A stretch of DNA of 64,000 nucleotides from Octopus vulgaris (lineage: Eukaryota): assembly GCA_951406725.2 (NCBI GenBank), contig OX597815.1, positions 64,604,001-64,668,000 on the forward strand, read 5' to 3'. Made by a program: the position numbers and the translations under genes. The notes beneath the pieces are model-generated. The model did no database searches, was not told where the DNA came from, and was given only the letters and a program-made list of their open reading frames with translations. Shown one piece after another: positions 57,363 through 64,000 of this stretch; the first letter of the stretch is position 1, and every line of letters starts with the position of its first letter.

Positions 57363-57404
57363 GCTGCATTGAAAAGGGGCAATACTCCGAAACGCGTCTG
57401 TAGC
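57363..57404 (+). ncRNA. Minimal type I HHR, U3-A8 variant, in TA-flanked element 57262-57572
   Basis: GCTGCA-TTGAAAA-GGGG-caata-CTCC-GAAA-CGCG-TC^TGTAGC. Confidence 0.8.
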
Positions 57405-57567
57405 TTCCGGTCAAGTAGTGTGGAGCGACTGACCTCCCTTGTTCGAAGGTTATATGGATACAGTTTGTGTATCAAATAGCTAACTTAAGGCGATGGCCTC
57501 ATGGAGCTAATAAGCGGACAGCTTTTTTCTTATTTTTATAAGAATGCCATATTAGTATGGCGATAAC

Positions 57568-57641
<74 letters not shown>

Positions 57642-57645
<4 letters not shown>

Positions 57646-58208
57646 TAAGGGTAGAAATTGATATTAATCAATTAAAACCAGTGGCCTAGCATATTTTAAA
57701 GGAAATCCGAAGATTAAAAGTTTTTTACATACAAAATTTAGAGGACTGACCACTAAAAGTGGACACTCTGTATGATAGATACAGACGTCAAAATCGCCAT
57801 TTTCCACGAAGAATGTGTTCTTAAGAAAAAATTCAGCAAAACCCAAAGTGTAAAAATAAGCAAGACAAATGAAAATATACGAAATAAAAAACGATTACCT
57901 ATATACTAATTAATTTCACTTGTTAATAAACATCTGCAAGATCATCAGCATAGTCTGTCGTTTACGAAACACAATTTCCAGAACTAGATACAGCATGTAT
58001 AAAATTCCACAAATTATATTTATGTGTACCTTTCAAATGCCTTCACTTGCTTTCATATGTCTTGCTTATTTTTACACTTTGTTTTTTTTTTTTTTTGCTG
58101 AATTTTTTCTTGAGAACACATTCCTCGTGGAAAATGGCGATTTTGACGTCTATATCTAGCATACAGGCTGTCCACTTTTAGTGGTCAGTCCTCTAAATTT
58201 TGTATGTA
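57642..58208 (-). mobile_element. HHR element with a diverged 5' inverted arm
   Basis: 57726-57874 is inverted at 58051-58208; minus-strand HHR 57899-57953 CTATG-CTGATGA-tCTTG...CAAGt-GAAA-TTAATTAG-TA^TATAG. Confidence 0.82.
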
Positions 58209-58454
58209 TATATATATATATATATAATTATTTAGCAATTAAGGATAACTTCTTAATAAGGAATCTTAACAAGAAATTATCAGGTAGATAGTGTGAAAAA
58301 CCTCATAAGAGAAAAATTTCGAAAATAATTCTTTCTTATTGAACATATTAATTTATATATACATGCCACACGCTTAGTAAAATTTTTGGTAGAAATGACT
58401 AATGTCCCTCTTAGCGTGTGGCATGTATGTATAATAATGCCCTCTATATATAAA

Positions 58455-59121
<667 letters not shown>

Positions 59122-59389
59122 TACTAGGTGAAATTTTTTGATTTTATTAAATAAATTATATTTCACCCTTTATCTGTATTGAATACTTCTACTCCCCTAC
59201 AATAAAACTGCGAAACTTCGTTTCGGCAGTACTGTTTTTGTGACTCACGTGGTGAGATTTTGGAGGGAGATACGAATTCGCTTGTCTATATAAATGTGGA
59301 TATGCTAGTGGTCTTATATCTTTCGATGTCGCTTGATCGAATATATAAGAGGTAAGTTTTTTCCTAGCATTTCTAGATTTATGGGAAAT

Positions 59390-59443
59390 ATTATGTTGAT
59401 AAGGAAATGAACTTTACGATTCTAATCCAGAAACGTTCATAAT
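59390..59443 (+). ncRNA. Candidate minimal HHR, U3-A8 variant, in TA-flanked element 59121-59622
   Basis: ATTATG-TTGATAA-GGA...TCCa-GAAA-CG-TT^CATAAT. Confidence 0.6.
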
Positions 59444-59620
59444 TAATCCAGTAGACTGTATGGTTCCGTTGTTTTCCTTTCATCTTTTACCATATATGAA
59501 TTACAAATACTGTTGTTTGTGGAGACTTATTTTTGTAGTAATAGTAATAGTAGCCCTTTGACTGCTATTTCTAATATTTTCGGTAAGTGGTTTAAGCAAC
59601 TTGTTGCAAAAAACCCTTTA

Positions 59621-59748
<128 letters not shown>

Positions 59749-59781
59749 ATATTAATCAATTAAAACCAGTGGCCTAAAAGT

Positions 59782-60072
59782 GGAGGCGCAATGGCCTAGT
59801 GGTTAGGGCAGCGGACTCGCGGTCGTAGGATCGCGGTTTCGATTCCCAGACCGGGCGTTGTGAGTGTTATTGAGCGAAAACACCTGAGGCTCCGGCAGGG
59901 TGGTGGTGGCGATCCCTGGTGTACTCTTTAGCCACAACTTTCTCTCACTCTTTCTACTGTTGGCCTGCTCGCTTAGCCAGCGGGGTGGTGTCATTTGAAG
60001 GCTAAAAAACAATGCGAGGCGCATTGTGACCAGCGATGTGTAAGAACATCTGATAGCCTGGTCGGTCACGGT
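59782..60072 (+). mobile_element. tRNA-derived SINE, second family
   Basis: ggcgcaatggcctagtggttagggcagcggactcgcggtcgtaggatcgcggtttcgattccc tRNA-like head with A and B boxes. Confidence 0.88.
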
Positions 60073-60135
60073 GTTCGTTAGTTACTGTACGCATTTTTTT
60101 CTCTCCTTCTTTCTGTGTTTTTTTCTCTCTGTGTA

Positions 60136-60173
60136 TCTTTCTGTTGAAGAGCGTAGGCTCGAAACGTTAAAGA
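60136..60173 (+). ncRNA. Variant HHR-like motif (A6 to U, extra A) in element 60073-60271
   Basis: TCTTT-CTGTTGA-A-GAGC-gtag-GCTC-GAAA-CG-TT^AAAGA. Confidence 0.55.
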
Positions 60174-60270
60174 CTTGTTTTATTTATATTTCCTGAGCGC
60201 CATACTAATACAATTGTTTGTTTGTTTTCCACCTGCCTTCGTCTTTTGTCTATTTTCATAAAGCTTCCCG

Positions 60271-60305
<35 letters not shown>

Positions 60306-60334
60306 CATGTATGTAAGTATGTATGTATGTTTGT

Positions 60335-61039
60335 TATTGTAGATCTATCCTTCTAGCACAACTTTTGTTTATCGCTTTTTGAATTTGAGTAAATTTTACC
60401 CATTTTTAGACGTATGACGATGGATTGCCAAGTAGAAAAAAATAAGCATTTTCGGCACTTGTTTCTCTTCGTTTTCTATCCAAAGCCACACCAAACATTT
60501 GTGCTGTGTACGAGGAGGTACTTTTACTGAAGGAAATATATAGACGCTCTGCGATCAAAGAGGATCGATTGAATGAGCTCATCTACGAGGATTCCTGTCA
60601 ATCCAGCAGGGAATTGGCTTAACAGAGAGGATGATCTCTTGATACCGTCACTCGATGGGTAACGTAAAAGGATAAGATGAGAAAGGATGCGATCGGCAAC
60701 CGGTGACTGGCGACCAGGCGTGCTTCTTCAACAAGATGAATCTCATCCTCACGTCTCTAATTTGAGAAAAAATGCTATTCAAGAGCTTGAATAAGATCTA
60801 CCGCATCCATTGTATTCTCCTGAAATAGCGCCTTCGAATTACTGCTTCTTCTTCAGTTGTTCCACAACAGACTGCGATACTTTTTGTCCAACAAAGACGT
60901 AGAGCTGAAAATGTGGCACGAGGAATTCTGCGAGTAAAGACCCCAAGTAATATATCCTACTGACTGATTTGTTAAAATGGTTGACGAAAAATAAGGATTA
61001 AAATAAAAGGAAAAGACGAACGAATTTATCTAACAAACT

Positions 61040-61041
<2 letters not shown>
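60335..61041 (+). mobile_element. Highly decayed, deleted mariner related to 28770-29642
   Basis: MDCQVEKNKHFRHL, DRLNELIYED, HPLYSPEIAPSNY; 3' TIR-like tttatctaacaaactgg followed by TA. Confidence 0.75.
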
Positions 61042-61109
<68 letters not shown>

Positions 61110-61128
61110 TGTATATACATATACATAC

Positions 61129-61210
<82 letters not shown>

Positions 61211-61225
61211 TGTATATACATATAC

Positions 61226-61259
<34 letters not shown>

Positions 61260-61260
<1 letters not shown>

Positions 61261-61641
61261 ATATATAAAAGGGCTTAGTAAAATAAATTACTTTGCCGCA
61301 TACTGAACTCATTAGAAATAGCAGCTAAAAAACTTTTTAAAAACCATTTCTAATACTTAAAGAAAATCTCTCTCATATAGTGCTTGCTCAACTCAACTCA
61401 CGAAAGTGAGTTGAGTTGAGCAAGCACTATATGAGAGAGATTTTCTTTAAGTATTAGAAATGGTTTTTAAAAAAGTTTTTTAGCTGCTATTTCTAATGAG
61501 TTCAGTATGCGGCAAAGTAATTTATTTTACTAAGCCCTTTTATATATTGTAATAATTTGAATTCGCCTTAAATGGTCCCTTTGCATACTGAACACTTGGT
61601 GAAATTGATTAATAATTAATTAATTTTACCCTCAATTGTTG

Positions 61642-61647
<6 letters not shown>
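61260..61647 (+). repeat. Near-perfect 142-bp-arm palindrome with GAAA loop plus a 100-bp tail, in (TA)n
   Basis: 61260-61401 pairs with 61406-61548, one 1-nt indel. Confidence 0.92.
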
Positions 61648-61683
<36 letters not shown>

Positions 61684-61764
61684 CTGCCTTTTACGCTTTT
61701 AGATAGTCGAAAATTTCATAAACTAATTCCGGAATGGAACATGACCTATCCGGTGGTTTATCTT

Positions 61765-62231
61765 TATTCGCAGCTACATTATATTTTGTAAAATAGGGAC
61801 GTGTTGGAAAAATCTCGCTTTTGATACTTATACAATCCCTCGAGGTTCTTAGGTTATTTAAAAGTTACAGTTTTTTAAGCGAGCGTACGGAACATCATTC
61901 TAACCTGTTAGTATAAGGCCTTATCTCAGAAAGAATCTTCCATTTGAAACTGTCGTTATGTCCACGTCCTTAAGTCTCCAGAGGATTGTTGTATGTCTCT
62001 TCTTAGTGCGTCTAAAGGTAAGAAGATGGTAATTGTATCCGAAATTAAATTTTCCCCTCCCTCGGACTCAATATATCGTTTGGACTCTATCCAGCCTGTG
62101 CCACAATTTTGTCCTTGTATGTGCCTAATAAACAACGGAGGATATATCGTAAGCCTGTCGTAAAGAGAATTTAGATTTATTTGTACATGTGCATAGATAT
62201 AGCATACAGCATGGAAATAATCTTTCATCAT
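61765..62231 (-). pseudogene. Third GIY-YIG endonuclease relic, with no RT
   Basis: LCTCTNKSK...SSVVY, YNYHLLTFR..KRHTT, LWRLKD, FKWKILSEIRPY across shifting frames. Confidence 0.65.
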
Positions 62232-63019
62232 GGGTCGATTTAAGGCCAGACCGGTTTCGTCGCTTTACAAGAGAACTGCTAGATAAAGTGGAATAGGGTG
62301 GCGTTAATGCTTCGGGGAAATGTCCGACATTTTGTGACCCACGTTGAAACATATTTTCGTTTTGTCATCCATGCTGTGGCTTTAACAAACTAAGGATAAC
62401 TGTAATAGCTTAACGATTATTCACTTTTGCTACTTACTGATGATATATTCTTCATTCTCAACTTCGTTTATTCCTTTACCCACCTGCGATAAGCTACTAA
62501 GAACCTTCAAACATACATTAATGTCACTTTAGACCAATTCTCAGTCATTCCCTTTTTCAATTTATGAACATACATTTTAGACATTAAAGTGTGTATTTAA
62601 ACATAAGTATATAGACGTAGTGTTATTTTAGCACATGTTAGAGTGCATGCGTACGCGCATCTCTGTGTGTGGTTTTGTTTGTTTGTGTGTGTGTGGGTGT
62701 AATCCAAATAATGAGATATAGAAATACTTTAACACATCTTTAATGATCAATTACAGTTGCTTCTTGCAACGCCAGTTTAAACAAAATTCGAAGTGAAGAT
62801 TTACGTAATAATGTCTAAAGCAAACATTAGAGTGGTACTTCATCAGATTTGCATCAAAGCTGCGCTTTTATATTGCGCGTCATCCAGATTTTTTTTTTGT
62901 TTTTTGCTTATGTCGGGAGGAAACAATAAATAAATAAAATACGATAAGGAGATGACTAACTAGTTTAAAGAACATGCAAGAAGAGGAAAAAGGAGGAGGA
63001 GGAAAATGGTGGTAAAGGC

Positions 63020-63062
<43 letters not shown>

Positions 63063-63300
63063 TGCAAATTCTATTATATACATGCATATTTATACATCCA
63101 TGCAAATATATAACATTCATACATATATGATACATTCATATGTATACAAAGACACACACATACACACACACATATATATATATAGTATATATACATATTA
63201 ATTTATCAATACGTATGTACTAATGAATGTATGTATATGGCGATATGTATGTAAACATTTATACACGCATACATATATATGCATGAGAGAGAGAAAGAGA

Positions 63301-63378
<78 letters not shown>

Positions 63379-64000
63379 GTGTGTGTGCAAAGCTCGTTTC
63401 CGTACATGTAATAACAGTAACAGCTAAAAATACGAAACTCATGGTTTCGTCGTCACCTTTCTCATCGTTTCTAAATTGTTTCGATTAAGAACTGCAGCAA
63501 AGTGAGAATATCTTTCCATGCCCCACTCTGCTGACCACTCGCCATTGATATGCAGCTTTCGTCTAACCTACAATCACGTGACGACACCATGGCTGGCGCC
63601 ATCCACACCATTATCTTAGTAACAGCAATTTGGAGACATTTACTGTGTTTTATGCACCAACAGATAACCTCGGGTGATTTGTCCTACCATGGGAGTTCCT
63701 GCGCTATATTCCACAATACATTATATTCTTGAATACTAAAATCTACCAAGACGCGTCATGCTGTCGTTTGGTCTTGTTTTTTCTTTTCCTTTTTTTTTTC
63801 TCGTAGATATATGAGTGTTGATGTATATATGTTTTGCATACAGATTAATGTGTCTGTATGTATATATAAATTAATGTGTATATATACTTTACACACACAC
63901 CTTCACACACATATACATAGACACATACACATACATATACATATACACATAGCAGTATTATGAATAGAAAGAGAAACACAGAAAGAGAGATGTAAATATA

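Noticed and set aside
59782-59860. tRNA gene
   Set aside because: Continues into a SINE body; no proper acceptor stem or poly-T terminator.

Overview
AT-rich, microsatellite-dense animal genomic DNA (repeat content resembles an octopus/cephalopod; this is inference). Most ORFs in the track are microsatellite artefacts. Recognisable elements: three mariner relics, a non-autonomous Helitron, tRNA-derived SINEs, Dong/R4-like RLE LINE pieces in (TAA)n, a near full-length RTE LINE nested in an R4-like LINE, two Neptune-type Penelope-like elements (PLE; RT plus GIY-YIG), and scattered + strand exons of a possible divergent or decayed classical cadherin. The main signal is a set of about ten distinct small element families that each carry a type I hammerhead ribozyme (HHR), sit in (TA)n tracts, and often share a PLE-style 5' inverted arm followed by tandem copies. 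Two are young arrays: 277 bp x about 14 forming a 3.9-kb palindrome (24312-28212) and 488 bp x about 3.5 (52385-54098). The HHR cores show compensatory 3-8 pair variants (C-G, U-A, A-U) and long stem II insertions. Three GIY-YIG endonuclease relics have no adjacent RT, and two of them are linked to HHR motifs. All structures were read by eye; nothing was folded or searched computationally.
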